A stretch of DNA of 64,000 bases from a virus (lineage: Duplodnaviria > Heunggongvirae > Uroviricota > Caudoviricetes): positions 1 to 64,000 of the IMG/VR virus record IMGVR_UViG_3300035241_000016, one strand, 5' to 3'. The notes beneath the pieces are model-generated. The model searched no databases. It saw nothing but the letters and a program-made list of their open reading frames with translations, and had not been told where the DNA came from. This document shows, piece by piece, positions 43,560-52,450 of the stretch. Each line of letters starts with the position of its first letter. The first letter of the stretch is position 1. The position numbers and the translations under genes are program-made.

Positions 43560-44011
43560 GCTGCATGCCTCTTGAGCCAGTTCTTGCGCTGGCCAAATGG
43601 AATCAATGGGGTAGTGAGCGCTCGCTCGACAGGCCAGCCATTGTTTAGACGGAACTGGAGCGAGCGCTTCGTGAGCCCCTTTTCCCGGGCCCACACGATG
43701 AGCGGCTTTGTCTCGCCACCGAACGTAATCAATCGGTTCGAGCGCAGATTCTGCTGCTGCTGCCGAGCTGTCGCCCAACGGCAGTTGATGCGGTCGATGC
43801 TGTACCCGGGCCCAGGTCGAGGCCCCATGTCCGTCAGGAACGCCTCGAAGGAGTCGCGCCAGCGATCGCATACGGTGATGCCCCTACCGCCATACCTGGA
43901 GTAGCTCCGATCGCTAGGGTTCTGACACCGCCGTTTGAGGGAATCCCATGTGCGGTATTCGGAGAGGTAGGTGGCCTTGATGCCGATCGGTGTTGTCCGT
44001 GGCTGCCTCAC
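43556..44011 (-). CDS. HNH_3-like (degenerate) protein, paralog 2 of 3, with C-terminal HTH extension
   Basis: [15 protein letters not shown]...DMGPRPGPGYSIDRIN; lacks the N-terminal Zn finger, has a C-terminal LIVWAREKGLTKRSLQFRLNNGWPVERAL HTH. Confidence 0.55.
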   Translation of the reverse strand: MRQPRTTPIGIKATYLSEYRTWDSLKRRCQNPSDRSYSRYGGRGITVCDRWRDSFEAFLTDMGPRPGPGYSIDRINCRWATARQQQQNLRSNRLITFGGETKPLIVWAREKGLTKRSLQFRLNNGWPVERALTTPLIPFGQRKNWLKRHAA

Positions 44012-44466
44012 GTCCAGGCCTCCTCGACCATCGCGGACGGCCGGCTCTCACGAACACGCCGCAGCGTTTCCTCCCAGGCCGCCAGCGCGGCGTCGCCGTT
44101 CGCCGCATAGCCAACCCGCTGTCGCCAGTCGGAAATAGCGGCGCCTAGGTGATGGCAGACGTGGATGGCCGCGCACTCACAGCCGATGGGCCGGCCGGTC
44201 TGCTCGTCGATCTGGCAGACGTACCAAAACCCAGGGTGCTCCTCGCGGCTCTCAGCAGCATGCCAGCCCTCGCCGCGCTCGCGCCACAGCCGGATGCATC
44301 GCGTCCCGTACTCCGCTGCTCGCTCGACCGCCGCCTCGATTTCTGCAGCTGCCGCCTTTATGGCCTCTGGCGTCGGTTCAGGGAACTCGACGGAGATGCC
44401 GTCTTTTGAGTCGCGCACCGTTCCGCCGTGCTCCTCGACGTACTTCCTGAGGCTGGGCGTGCTCAT
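44008..44466 (-). CDS. hypothetical protein
   Basis: MSTPSLRKYVEEHGGTVRD...; ATGA overlaps at both ends. Confidence 0.45.
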   Translation of the reverse strand: MSTPSLRKYVEEHGGTVRDSKDGISVEFPEPTPEAIKAAAAEIEAAVERAAEYGTRCIRLWRERGEGWHAAESREEHPGFWYVCQIDEQTGRPIGCECAAIHVCHHLGAAISDWRQRVGYAANGDAALAAWEETLRRVRESRPSAMVEEAWT

Positions 44467-44642
44467 GCGTCGCCTCGCGGGTACTTGCTGTCGAGCTCGT
44501 CCACCACTTCGGCCATTGCTTTCAAGGTGGCCGCCATGTCGGTGTCGTCGTTGTACAGGTGAACTTCGAAGGAATAGCCCTTGGTGTTCCGAATAACCTT
44601 CACGCCGGACCGCTGCCGCTCGGCCCCAGCCTCGGGCGTCAT
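44463..44642 (-). CDS. hypothetical small protein
   Basis: MTPEAGAERQRSGVKVIRNTKGYSFEVHLYNDD... Confidence 0.4.
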   Translation of the reverse strand: MTPEAGAERQRSGVKVIRNTKGYSFEVHLYNDDTDMAATLKAMAEVVDELDSKYPRGDA

Positions 44643-44908
44643 GCCACACACTCGCGCAACTTGTCGAGCGATGCATCGCCGAGCAGCGGGTGCCGGTGGG
44701 AATCCTCGGGGGAGCCGTGACAGCCGGTCTGGGCGCTGAGCAGGATCTCCAGCAGCTTCGCGCACACGCCCTCTGCGACGGTCGTGCGCCGCTGGAGCAG
44801 GGCCACGTCGGCACGAAGCGCGAACACCAGCGCTTGCAGTTTCTCCACGCGAGAATCCCGGCTCTGCCGGTTCAGGTCGCGCGGATCGATATCGGTAGGA
44901 GTGCTCAT
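44639..44908 (-). CDS. hypothetical protein
   Basis: 89 aa, coupled. Confidence 0.4.
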   Translation of the reverse strand: MSTPTDIDPRDLNRQSRDSRVEKLQALVFALRADVALLQRRTTVAEGVCAKLLEILLSAQTGCHGSPEDSHRHPLLGDASLDKLRECVA

Positions 44909-45090
44909 CGCTGCAACTCGGCCAACATCTGCCTGGAGAACCCGGCGGCGAGACCAGCTAGCCCGTGGAGGGCCTCAGGGCCCTGGCTGACAGCCCCGAG
45001 CAGGGTCTGCAGGACGATCGCGACTTCCGGGGCGATCGGTTCCGCAAAGTCGGATGCCTCCTGTAGAAGGCGCTTCAGTTCCTCGCTCAT
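44905..45090 (-). CDS. hypothetical small protein
   Basis: MSEELKRLLQEASDFAEPIAP...; ATGA overlap with the KGG gene. Confidence 0.4.
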   Translation of the reverse strand: MSEELKRLLQEASDFAEPIAPEVAIVLQTLLGAVSQGPEALHGLAGLAAGFSRQMLAELQR

Positions 45091-45329
45091 CGGTGGGTCC
45101 GCGTCTTGGGCTGTTTGCCGCCGAGGCTGCCGATGCGCTTGTAGTGCGCCTGGCCGTGCCGCTCGTTGGTGGCGTTGCCACCCTTGCGGCCGAGCTCGGC
45201 GTAGTCGGGCCGCTGGCTCTTGGTGGTCGCGCCGCCCTTCCGGCAAATCTCCCGGAAGTGCTCGACGCCGTACCGCTCCTTGACTTTGAGCCCGCCATTC
45301 CGTCGGCGGCCCTGGGTAGGGGCGCTCAT
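45087..45329 (-). CDS. KGG-repeat stress-induced protein family (GsiB/YciG-like)
   Basis: GGLKVKERYGVEHFREICRKGG...GRKGGNATNERHGQAHYKRIGSLGG: repeated KGG motifs. Confidence 0.6.
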   Translation of the reverse strand: MSAPTQGRRRNGGLKVKERYGVEHFREICRKGGATTKSQRPDYAELGRKGGNATNERHGQAHYKRIGSLGGKQPKTRTHR

Positions 45330-45565
45330 TCGGTCGCCTCGACTGGCTGCGCCTTTGGGGCGGGCTCAAAGTGCGCGACGTCGGCGGTGCGGCCGACCAC
45401 GTACTGGAATTCGCGCGAGATGTACAGCTGACCGTCGCGCTTGGTTCGCTCATGGGTCGTGATGCCCTCATAGAGCAGGACGTAGCCAGCGGCCAGGTAC
45501 TCGTTCGCCTTGCGCAGGTGACACTCCTGCACTTCGACAATGCCCTCAGGGATAGGGGTGTTCAT
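45326..45565 (-). CDS. hypothetical protein
   Basis: AAGGAGAGG SD; MNTPIPEGIVEVQECHLRKANEYLAAGYVLLYEG... Confidence 0.5.
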   Translation of the reverse strand: MNTPIPEGIVEVQECHLRKANEYLAAGYVLLYEGITTHERTKRDGQLYISREFQYVVGRTADVAHFEPAPKAQPVEATE

Positions 45566-45611
45566 GTGGTAGCCTCTCCTTGGTTCGTCGTTTCTTCTGG
45601 GTGCGCGGACT

Positions 45612-45815
45612 TCAGGCGGCTTCTCGTTGCGAGCGGGAAGCCGCTGCTGCTTTCTGGTAGTTCACGCGTTGCTGAGCTGACTCAATCAGCTGGTACACCA
45701 CAAACAGGCTGCGGATGACCGTAAACAGGAAGCGGATGACCGTTTCCGCGAGCGCTTGGACTTCCATCCGCGCCTCGTCGAGTTCGGTGTCATGTAGCGT
45801 GAGGTCGCTTTTCAT
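45612..45815 (-). CDS. small hydrophobic-helix protein
   Basis: MKSDLTLHDTELDEARMEVQALAETVIRFLFTVIRSLFVVYQLIESAQQRV...; GGAAGGAGGG SD; ATGA overlap upstream. Confidence 0.5.
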   Translation of the reverse strand: MKSDLTLHDTELDEARMEVQALAETVIRFLFTVIRSLFVVYQLIESAQQRVNYQKAAAASRSQREAA

Positions 45816-46126
45816 GGGCGTGCTTGTTCCCTCCTTCCCTGGGTAGTCGCGTAGCGCTCGACGTCGTCGAGGGGCAGGCGGTACTGGGACCGGCCACCCA
45901 CGGCCTGCAATGCGCCCATGCCGATGAGCCGGACCACGCTGCGCTCGGTGAGATGGAGAAGCTCTGCCGCCTCGTGCGTGGTGACCATCGTGGTGGGCAC
46001 CTCCAGTGGGCCTGGCTCTTCGCACCGCTGTAGCCGCTCGATGTAGTAGAGGTCCTCTTCCTCGGACACGGCGCGTAGGAAATCCTCGGCGCTCATGGAG
46101 GAACGGCCGCCGGGGAGGCCCATCAC
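45812..46126 (-). CDS. excisionase-family HTH DNA-binding protein
   Basis: VTTHEAAELLHLTERSVVRLIGMGALQAVGGRSQYRLPLDDVERY. Confidence 0.55.
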   Translation of the reverse strand: MMGLPGGRSSMSAEDFLRAVSEEEDLYYIERLQRCEEPGPLEVPTTMVTTHEAAELLHLTERSVVRLIGMGALQAVGGRSQYRLPLDDVERYATTQGRREQARP

Positions 46127-46584
46127 ACCACCGCCTCGCTGGGCACCGCCTCGCCCGGTGGCATGTAGGCGACACCGACGACAGCCCAGCCGCGGCTGGT
46201 CAGAGCTAGCTGCTGCACACGCACGTGTGCAGCGGACGAGCCGAATCCCGCTGGCGCCACGTAGCCGCGCTCCCGCAAGTGCCGCAGGTGGTAGGAGAGC
46301 TGGCCGTTGGAACCCAGGCCGGCAGTGCGGATCACGTCTTGGAACGAGGGCGGTCCGTCGTGCTGGGCGCGGTAGGCCGCGATCGCCTCCAGGATCTCCA
46401 CCTGCCGCTCGCTCAGGTCGTCGGCGTCAGACGGCTCCTCGTGGGTGGCGTCGCCTTCGATGACAACCTGCAGCCGGATGGGCGCCGGTACCCCTGGAAG
46501 CAGGCGCAGGGTTGATAGCCGATCATGGCCATCGTCCGGCTGGTTAGCCACAACCGCCCGCGCGTCCTCTAATGTGGCGCTCAT
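46123..46584 (-). CDS. winged-helix (LexA-N-terminal-like) DNA-binding protein
   Basis: LSERQVEILEAIAAYRAQHDGPPSFQDVIRTAGLGSNGQLSYHLRHLRERGYV. Confidence 0.5.
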   Translation of the reverse strand: MSATLEDARAVVANQPDDGHDRLSTLRLLPGVPAPIRLQVVIEGDATHEEPSDADDLSERQVEILEAIAAYRAQHDGPPSFQDVIRTAGLGSNGQLSYHLRHLRERGYVAPAGFGSSAAHVRVQQLALTSRGWAVVGVAYMPPGEAVPSEAVV

Positions 46585-46781
46585 GGAGCAGCTTTCAGGC
46601 GCTCGACGTACTCGTCGATGGCTTCGATCGGCACCTTGACCACGCCACCGTCCGTCACCGCTACCAGATCTCCAGCGGCGATACGGCGCTGGAGAGTGCG
46701 TTTGCTCGTGTCGAGCATCCTGGCAGCCTCAGAAAGCTTGACCAAACGTCTCGGAATGTCACGGCTTGTCGTGGTCTGCAT
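46581..46781 (-). CDS. Cro/excisionase-like HTH regulator (first leftward early gene)
   Basis: LVKLSEAARMLDTSKRTLQRRIAAGDLVAV...IEAIDEYV (AlpA/Xis-type HTH); divergent from the CI-like gene. Confidence 0.6.
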   Translation of the reverse strand: MQTTTSRDIPRRLVKLSEAARMLDTSKRTLQRRIAAGDLVAVTDGGVVKVPIEAIDEYVERLKAAP

Positions 46782-46803
46782 TACGTGACGGATGCTATCA
46801 GAT

Positions 46804-46838
46804 GTGCCGAACGATTGTCAAGAGCAATTATTCGGCAC
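46804..46838. promoter_or_regulatory. operator candidate GTGCCGAA-N19-TTCGGCAC in the divergent Cro-like/CI-like intergenic region
   Basis: Seen in sequence: 8-bp inverted repeat arms in a 119-bp AT-richer intergenic region. Confidence 0.45.
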
Positions 46839-46900
46839 AATCGCCCCCGTCTTTTGTGCCCGATAGACACAACCGGCCGTTTCGCTTTTAGGATGCGGAT

Positions 46901-47530
46901 GTGGATCTGGCAGCGATAGGCAAAGGCGTGCTCGAGCGGCGCTTGGCACTCAACATGAGCCAAGACGACCTCTCAAAGGCAGCAGGCCTTGCCGGCGGCA
47001 GCTACATCTCCCGGATCGAGAGAGGAGGCTGGGCACGCCCAGGTGGCAAGGTGCTGGAGGCACTCTCCGCGGCGCTGCGCGTCCGGGACTGGCGAGACCT
47101 AGAAGCCATCGGTCTGGGTCGCCTCGACCCTCAGTCTGACTTCACTGGCGACATCAGCGATCGACTGGCACCACCGCCGGTACCAGCGGACATCCATTCC
47201 TTGACGCAATCGGTGGCAGACCTGGCGGCATCAGTGACGGCAATGGCAAAGGTGATGTTTGAGCGCGAAGGCGTTGAAGAAAAAGCTGGCGTCTCCTTCC
47301 CGGCTTGGTACCGTCAGCTCACCACCGAGACCCCCGCGAATGAGGCACAGCGATCACGACTGCTGAAGAAGGCCCAGCAGTTAGACGAGGAAGCGCTTAT
47401 CGAGCAGGAAGTGCAACGTCGGGTGGAGGAGGTGCTGGACCAGCTCGTCGATGAGTCCGCTTGGCGGCTCTGGCGCGAGCAGCGAGCACAAGAGAAGAAG
47501 CGGCGCCAACGAGGGCGAGCTCGTGGCTGA
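46901..47530 (+). CDS. XRE-family (CI-like) repressor
   Basis: LALNMSQDDLSKAAGLAGGSYISRIERG HTH_3 motif; charged coiled-coil C-terminus. Confidence 0.65.
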   Translation: MDLAAIGKGVLERRLALNMSQDDLSKAAGLAGGSYISRIERGGWARPGGKVLEALSAALRVRDWRDLEAIGLGRLDPQSDFTGDISDRLAPPPVPADIHSLTQSVADLAASVTAMAKVMFEREGVEEKAGVSFPAWYRQLTTETPANEAQRSRLLKKAQQLDEEALIEQEVQRRVEEVLDQLVDESAWRLWREQRAQEKKRRQRGRARG

Positions 47531-47817
47531 TATGGTCAGGCTCGACGTCAGGCAGAAGTCGCGCCAGCTGAGCAACTGCCTCCCACCACCGGATCCCGTG
47601 ACATTGGTAGGACCGGAGCACCAGCGCAATTCGGAGCACGTCCGGGTTCTTCTTCATCACCCTCCACGGGCCACCAGAATACTCCGATCTCACGTTTGCG
47701 CAAACGTCGAGGTGCACATGTCGGGACCAAGGTACTACGTGAGACCGAATACCACCATTTACCACCGCAGAGCACCAATCTTTGCCAGCTTGGTGGGAGT
47801 TCCATTAGATAGCGCAT

Positions 47818-47991
47818 GTGCCACCACAGAAGCGCAAGGTCATTCCAATCTCGATTCGCCTACCCGAGGACCTGCACGCGGAAATGAAGGCTCTCGCCGA
47901 CAAGGATTACCGCCTGCTGACGCAGGAAATCGTGTTTGCCCTCCGCCAGTTCGTCGAGTCCCGGCGAGAGAACCCGCAACCACCGAAGTAG
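47818..47991 (+). CDS. ribbon-helix-helix (CopG/Arc-like) small protein, GTG start
   Basis: PPQKRKVIPISIRLPEDLHAEMKALADKDYRLLTQEIVFALRQFVESRREN; not in the ORF track. Confidence 0.45.
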   Translation: MPPQKRKVIPISIRLPEDLHAEMKALADKDYRLLTQEIVFALRQFVESRRENPQPPK

Positions 47992-48055
47992 CCTGTCGGC
48001 GGCGCGCCGGGCGCCGGCGGTTCGTAGAAGGACACCTCGCCTAAGGAGGCTTTCC

Positions 48056-48817
48056 ATGCGTCGCCACGCCATTATGTTTGCAGTCCTGCTGTCGCTGCTC
48101 CCGGCGCACGCCCTTGCGGCACCATGCCAGTTCGTGCTCGGCTTTGCACAGATGGCCGCCGCCGTGGCGGAGGTCGGCCAATGCAAGGAAGACCAGCACT
48201 TCGCGCCGAATGGCGACGCCCAACAGGCGACTACTGGCGGGCTGCTGGCGTGGCGGAAGGCCGACAATGGGACCGCGTTTACGGACGGCTACCGCACATG
48301 GTTGATGGGGCCGCACGGCCTGCAGCGTCGGCTCAATACAGAGCAATTCGCCTGGGAGCAGCAAGCAGTCTCGCCGCCCACGCCTCAGTCGGCATCATCA
48401 GGTGCAATCACACCCACAGGTAACCCGGCGCTTAGTTGTGAGTGGAAGGATCGGCTCGTCTTTAACGACGCAACCCTCGATGGTCCGGTTTACCTGTGTA
48501 CGAACGTCGACGGCACGTGGGGATTTTGGGATCAGGAGGGCACGACCACGCCATCGGTCGGGCCCTATGCAGGCCAGCGCCTGCCGTGGCGCTTGCTTGG
48601 AACGACCAGCAAAACGGGCTGGAGCCTTACCGACGCCGGCAACAGGCGGTGGCCTCAGTATGCACCTGTCCCACCGAGTGCAGCCGAGGTAGCGCAGCGC
48701 CAAGCCGCCCTGGTTGCCAAATGCCAGGTCGCCGCAATGGACGCTCTCCGCCAGCCCGGTGCATTCCCGCCCAGTCAAACGTTCGATGACTGCATGCGCA
48801 ACCCTGGGGCGTACTAG
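48056..48817 (+). CDS. secreted protein with Sec signal peptide
   Basis: AAGGAGG SD; MRRHAIMFAVLLSLLPAHALA|APCQ...; 253 aa. Confidence 0.6.
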   Translation: MRRHAIMFAVLLSLLPAHALAAPCQFVLGFAQMAAAVAEVGQCKEDQHFAPNGDAQQATTGGLLAWRKADNGTAFTDGYRTWLMGPHGLQRRLNTEQFAWEQQAVSPPTPQSASSGAITPTGNPALSCEWKDRLVFNDATLDGPVYLCTNVDGTWGFWDQEGTTTPSVGPYAGQRLPWRLLGTTSKTGWSLTDAGNRRWPQYAPVPPSAAEVAQRQAALVAKCQVAAMDALRQPGAFPPSQTFDDCMRNPGAY

Positions 48818-48839
48818 GGCTGCAGATTCACAGGGCGAA

Positions 48840-49097
48840 GTGACCAATAGCCGCGCTGCCATCGCCATTCTGGCCGTCCTCTTGGTGGCCTGCGGCGGCA
48901 GTCCCAAATACGGCGGAGTGTCGCCGGTGAACCGTGCCTGCCCAGCGGAGGCGCCCATCAAAGGCAACGTCAACCAGCAAGGGGAGCGCATCTACCACGT
49001 GCCGGGGGGCGAGTTCTACGCCCGCACCAATCCCGAAACCTGCTTCTCCTCTGAGTCCAGCGCCCGAGCGGCCGGCTTCCGCGCTAGCCTGCGTTAG
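48840..49097 (+). CDS. small lipoprotein (lipobox LVAC)
   Basis: GTG start; AIAILAVLLVACGGSPKYGG...GERIYHVPGGEFYARTNPETCFSSESSARAAGFR. Confidence 0.45.
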   Translation: MTNSRAAIAILAVLLVACGGSPKYGGVSPVNRACPAEAPIKGNVNQQGERIYHVPGGEFYARTNPETCFSSESSARAAGFRASLR

Positions 49098-49232
49098 CCC
49101 CCGGAGACACTTCTTACTCCAAGAGACGGAAGTATCAAAGTCCTCGGGCTTTCGATACCAAAGTACAGGAGCGACCGGTCGCCCAACAATGTCCAGCTTT
49201 ACACCAGGTGTAATGGTGGACATTGACAGGGC

Positions 49233-49487
49233 TCAGGATTCCCGGCGAGGTGGTGGCGAAATGGTGGCAGGCTGCGGCTTCCCGGTGTCCGCTCGGGCCC
49301 GCTCCCCCTCAGCCAGGAACTCCTCCCTAAGCCGCTGCACCAGCTCCGGCCGTGGTGGCCAGTGGTGCCGTTCGCACGGGGCCGTGAGGTGCTCAATGCA
49401 GGTGGGCTGCCGGCAGAGAGGGCACGATGTCAGCGCCTTCTTGCCGCACTGGACACAGCGCTCGCTTCGCGTGACCATGCTCGCCAT
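49233..49487 (-). CDS. zinc-binding small protein
   Basis: MASMVTRSERCVQCGKKALTSCPLCRQPTCIEHLTAPCERHHW. Confidence 0.4.
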   Translation of the reverse strand: MASMVTRSERCVQCGKKALTSCPLCRQPTCIEHLTAPCERHHWPPRPELVQRLREEFLAEGERARADTGKPQPATISPPPRRES

Positions 49488-49748
49488 GATACTGCTCGTC
49501 TGAGCAGTATCACCCACGACTTCAGGGTCGCTGGTCCGCGATTCTTGCCCAGCACACCCGCAGTCAAATGACCGTCAAATACATCCGGCGCTCCTCAGGC
49601 TCAGATGGTGCCTTCTACTCCCAGGGCGGCAGGTTCATCCACGCGGGTTCTGTCGGCAGCTGAGTTGATCGGCCCGCGGAAGCATGATGAACACGATGAC
49701 CGGGGGCACCAACAAACGCCCCTGCAGCCAAGCCCAATAGGAAGGCCG

Positions 49749-50153
49749 TCAGCATGGGTGCGCTGCGCGGTTCATTGCGCTGTCGCGAGCGTGCACGTTC
49801 GCACCACTGAGTGCAGGCGGCCCGAAGCTAGCATTCACCCAGCCAATGAACCGCGCCTGCTCGGCATAAGCCTCGGCCTCCCACTCGCCGCACTCCCTGT
49901 GGAAGCCGGCGCGAGCGTTCGTCCCCTCGTGGACGATCAGCGCCGCTACGGCCGCGGGATGAGTGATAGCGGGATGGATGTGGATAGCCACGGGCTGACC
50001 GTCGCGCCAGACCGTCTCGGCAATGGCGTTGGGGTTGCGGTCCTGGAGCGGCTGGATGCTGATGGGCACCGTGCGCGCTGCCGCACAGTCAGGCGCTGAG
50101 AATGCGCAGACGAGCGACAGGGCGTCCTTCAGTAGCCCTAACGACGCAGTCAT
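49749..50153 (-). CDS. hypothetical protein
   Basis: 134 aa. Confidence 0.3.
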   Translation of the reverse strand: MTASLGLLKDALSLVCAFSAPDCAAARTVPISIQPLQDRNPNAIAETVWRDGQPVAIHIHPAITHPAAVAALIVHEGTNARAGFHRECGEWEAEAYAEQARFIGWVNASFGPPALSGANVHARDSAMNRAAHPC

Positions 50154-50275
50154 GGCGCCTGCTCGAGGCGCCTCGGTATCCTGTCCATTGCAGGAAGGCG
50201 TGTCCTTTCTGCCGTGTCGGGAGCGCTGTCGGGGCTGACTGTGAGAGGGAAACCCCGGCAGCGTGGACGCGGCTG

Positions 50276-50746
50276 CTAGTCCGTTGACGGGATCTTTTGA
50301 CCTCCTGTCACCTCTGCAGGCCCAGGATCAGGACCGACCAGCGCATCAAGGTCCACGCCAACAGCCTTCAAGCCCGCCAGGCAGATGGCCAGCGGGGCGG
50401 TGTCGGCCCAGGCGTCGCTTGCGATACTGCTACCTCGCCATGTTTGGACCGTCCAACCGGTAGCCTCGCCGGTCATGCACTGGTCGATGGTCCAATCGAC
50501 ACCCTGATGGTGAAGGTGCTCCACCACCTGCCACGCCGCCGCGATCTCCGTGCTGAAGGGATCGGCATCAGGGCGAGCGTAATCGTCCACAGGCCGCGCG
50601 GGTATCCAATACGCGTTCACGCTCTCTGGCCGCATCAACCATGCACTATGCGGCTCACTGTCAATGCCATCGGCGGCGGCAATCATCCAACGCCAGCCAA
50701 GCATCTTCTCCGCCACCAGTGCGTCCATCTCTGGCCCGGCCTTCAT
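50276..50746 (-). CDS. phage ABA-sandwich-like domain protein (paralog 3 of 3)
   Basis: MKAGPEMDALVAEKMLGWRWM...EIAAAWQVVEHLHHQGVDW...LAICLAGLKAVG; GAGGA SD; listed ORF has a false extension. Confidence 0.6.
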   Translation of the reverse strand: MKAGPEMDALVAEKMLGWRWMIAAADGIDSEPHSAWLMRPESVNAYWIPARPVDDYARPDADPFSTEIAAAWQVVEHLHHQGVDWTIDQCMTGEATGWTVQTWRGSSIASDAWADTAPLAICLAGLKAVGVDLDALVGPDPGPAEVTGGQKIPSTD

Positions 50747-50754
50747 GATTGTCC

Positions 50755-50973
50755 TCACGGTTGGTCCTCGGAAATCCGAGTCAGCGCCTGCTGCATGAGC
50801 CGCTTGGCGGCGATGGCCGTCGACACCTTGCCCGTCACTTTGTTGGTACATTCCTCGGGATGCTGTTCGGCGTAGCGCCTGAGTGCTGCCTGCTCTGCTG
50901 AATTCACCCAGAAGACAACGCTCTCGCCGCCGTGCTCTGAACGTTTCGGGATTGCCACGCGCCCATTCTGCAT
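50755..50973 (-). CDS. small protein (possible RHH-like)
   Basis: MQNGRVAIPKRSEHGGESVVFWVNSAEQAALRRYAEQHPEECTNK...; AGGAG SD. Confidence 0.45.
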   Translation of the reverse strand: MQNGRVAIPKRSEHGGESVVFWVNSAEQAALRRYAEQHPEECTNKVTGKVSTAIAAKRLMQQALTRISEDQP

Positions 50974-51156
50974 TAGTGCACTCCTGGATCTTCGCGGAGG
51001 CCATCCGCTATGAAGCTCATCGCGGGTGCCGCTGTTCGTAGCGCACACGCCGCTGGTGGGACTTGGGACCGCCGAGCTCCCGGAGATGCGCGCGGAGATG
51101 TTCGGCCGGCGCTGCACGCTGGGCAGCAGCGGGGACAAGGCGGGGATCGGGGAGAT

Positions 51157-51981
51157 TCACGCCGCACGCTCCGGATACGGCAGTACGGGCAGCCCGACCG
51201 TGATGTAGCGGCGGCGCTGCCTGCTGGTGAACACGTACCGATGATTGCCCGGGTGGACCAACTCCCGAACGCCAGCCGTCGCCATAGCCTCCCGGAGCCA
51301 GGCGCGCGCATCTTCGCCGGCCAGCATCGGGCGAGCGCCGAAACTGACGAGGATCCCCTCGGCATAGGCTCGCCCACAATCCCGGCTAAGGATCTTGGCG
51401 ATGCTTCGCTCGCTGAACACGCGACCATCCGGGAGAATGCGCAGTGTGCGCGGTCGGGATCGTCCACAGTAGCGGGCCGAGCTCGCCTTGTAGATGTGGC
51501 CGATGTGCCCAGGGAACACGATCTGTCCCTCCACGGTCGTTCGGGGCAGCGGGTCCGAGAAGGCAACCAGGCCGTGGATATGCTCGCGAGCTGCGAGCTC
51601 CAGGACGCGGGCGATCATCCACGTTTCCGCGGGGGCCGGGACGTCGTCCAGCAGCACGAACCTGCCGAGCTCGGCAAGCTCATCAAGGGGCTGTCCAGGG
51701 AAAGCGCTGCTGAGCGTGGCCGGGTTCGTGGGCACAGAGAGGACCGCGGCGCCCTGTAGTTCGCCGCCGCGATACAGGCCAAGGCAGCGACGCGCGGCAG
51801 GAAAGCTGCCGCTGTAGTGCTGCTGCACGACGAACGGCCGCGCCTCTGACTCCACGCAGAGCTCAACAGAGTAATGGCGACAGTTGAAACCACCTTCGCT
51901 GACGTGTCGCCAGGAGTGCTGGTGGCCGCGCCAGCGCTGGCACCACTCGAGGCCTAGAGGCAACTGGGCCGCGACCTTCAC
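51157..51981 (-). CDS. hypothetical protein, possibly a GNAT-fold modification enzyme (Mom-like?)
   Basis: 274 aa; conserved-looking blocks LGLYRGGELQGAAVLS, GRFVLLDDVP, HGLVAFSDP...GHIGHIYKASSARYCG; family assignment tentative. Confidence 0.4.
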   Translation of the reverse strand: MKVAAQLPLGLEWCQRWRGHQHSWRHVSEGGFNCRHYSVELCVESEARPFVVQQHYSGSFPAARRCLGLYRGGELQGAAVLSVPTNPATLSSAFPGQPLDELAELGRFVLLDDVPAPAETWMIARVLELAAREHIHGLVAFSDPLPRTTVEGQIVFPGHIGHIYKASSARYCGRSRPRTLRILPDGRVFSERSIAKILSRDCGRAYAEGILVSFGARPMLAGEDARAWLREAMATAGVRELVHPGNHRYVFTSRQRRRYITVGLPVLPYPERAA

Positions 51982-52193
51982 GATGTCGCCTCATCGGGGT
52001 AGTCAGCTCGGTAGCACTTCACTCCGCAGTAAGGGCCGCGCCAGCCAGTGAACCCGTGTATGCCGTCTATGTCGATGTCCTCGCCGTACTTCACCCCACC
52101 GAGCGCTTGGGCACCACAGCGGACGCAGCCCTGACCTTTCGCATCGGTGAAGACGCGGTGCAGAATCGGCTTCGCCTTAACAGCCGTCGTCAT
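51978..52193 (-). CDS. small Zn-binding protein
   Basis: MTTAVKAKPILHRVFTDAKGQGCVRCGAQALGG...GPYCGVKCY; start after AACGGCGGAACGTCGGCATGA. Confidence 0.45.
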   Translation of the reverse strand: MTTAVKAKPILHRVFTDAKGQGCVRCGAQALGGVKYGEDIDIDGIHGFTGWRGPYCGVKCYRADYPDEATS

Positions 52194-52450
52194 GCCGACG
52201 TTCCTCCATTTGGCGAATGTCGGCGCAAGTCCTCTTGCCCCTGCTCGTAGGCCCAGCGCTGCTTTTCCTGGCACTCGTCGTCAGTCAGGAGGCGACTGTC
52301 AGCGAGTCGTGTCGCCAACGCGATCAGGCTCGCCGGGCCTTGTACAACACCGAAGGAGTGTCCACCCAGGGTGACGTAGTTCTCGGGCTCGTTGAACCAT
52401 CGATCCAACGTCTTGGCAATGCTCTGAATCCGCCGTGTCCGACTGTCCAT
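52190..52450 (-). CDS. hypothetical protein ending ...NGGTSA; paralog of 25078..25560
   Basis: DDECQEKQRWAYEQGQEDLRR. Confidence 0.5.
   Translation of the reverse strand: MDSRTRRIQSIAKTLDRWFNEPENYVTLGGHSFGVVQGPASLIALATRLADSRLLTDDECQEKQRWAYEQGQEDLRRHSPNGGTSA

Noticed and set aside
44905-45540. 211-aa ORF spanning three smaller genes
   Set aside because: Different frame from the clearly protein-like KGG gene (45087..45329) and 45326..45565 (strong SD). Only its last 61 codons (44905..45090, ATGA-coupled) look real.
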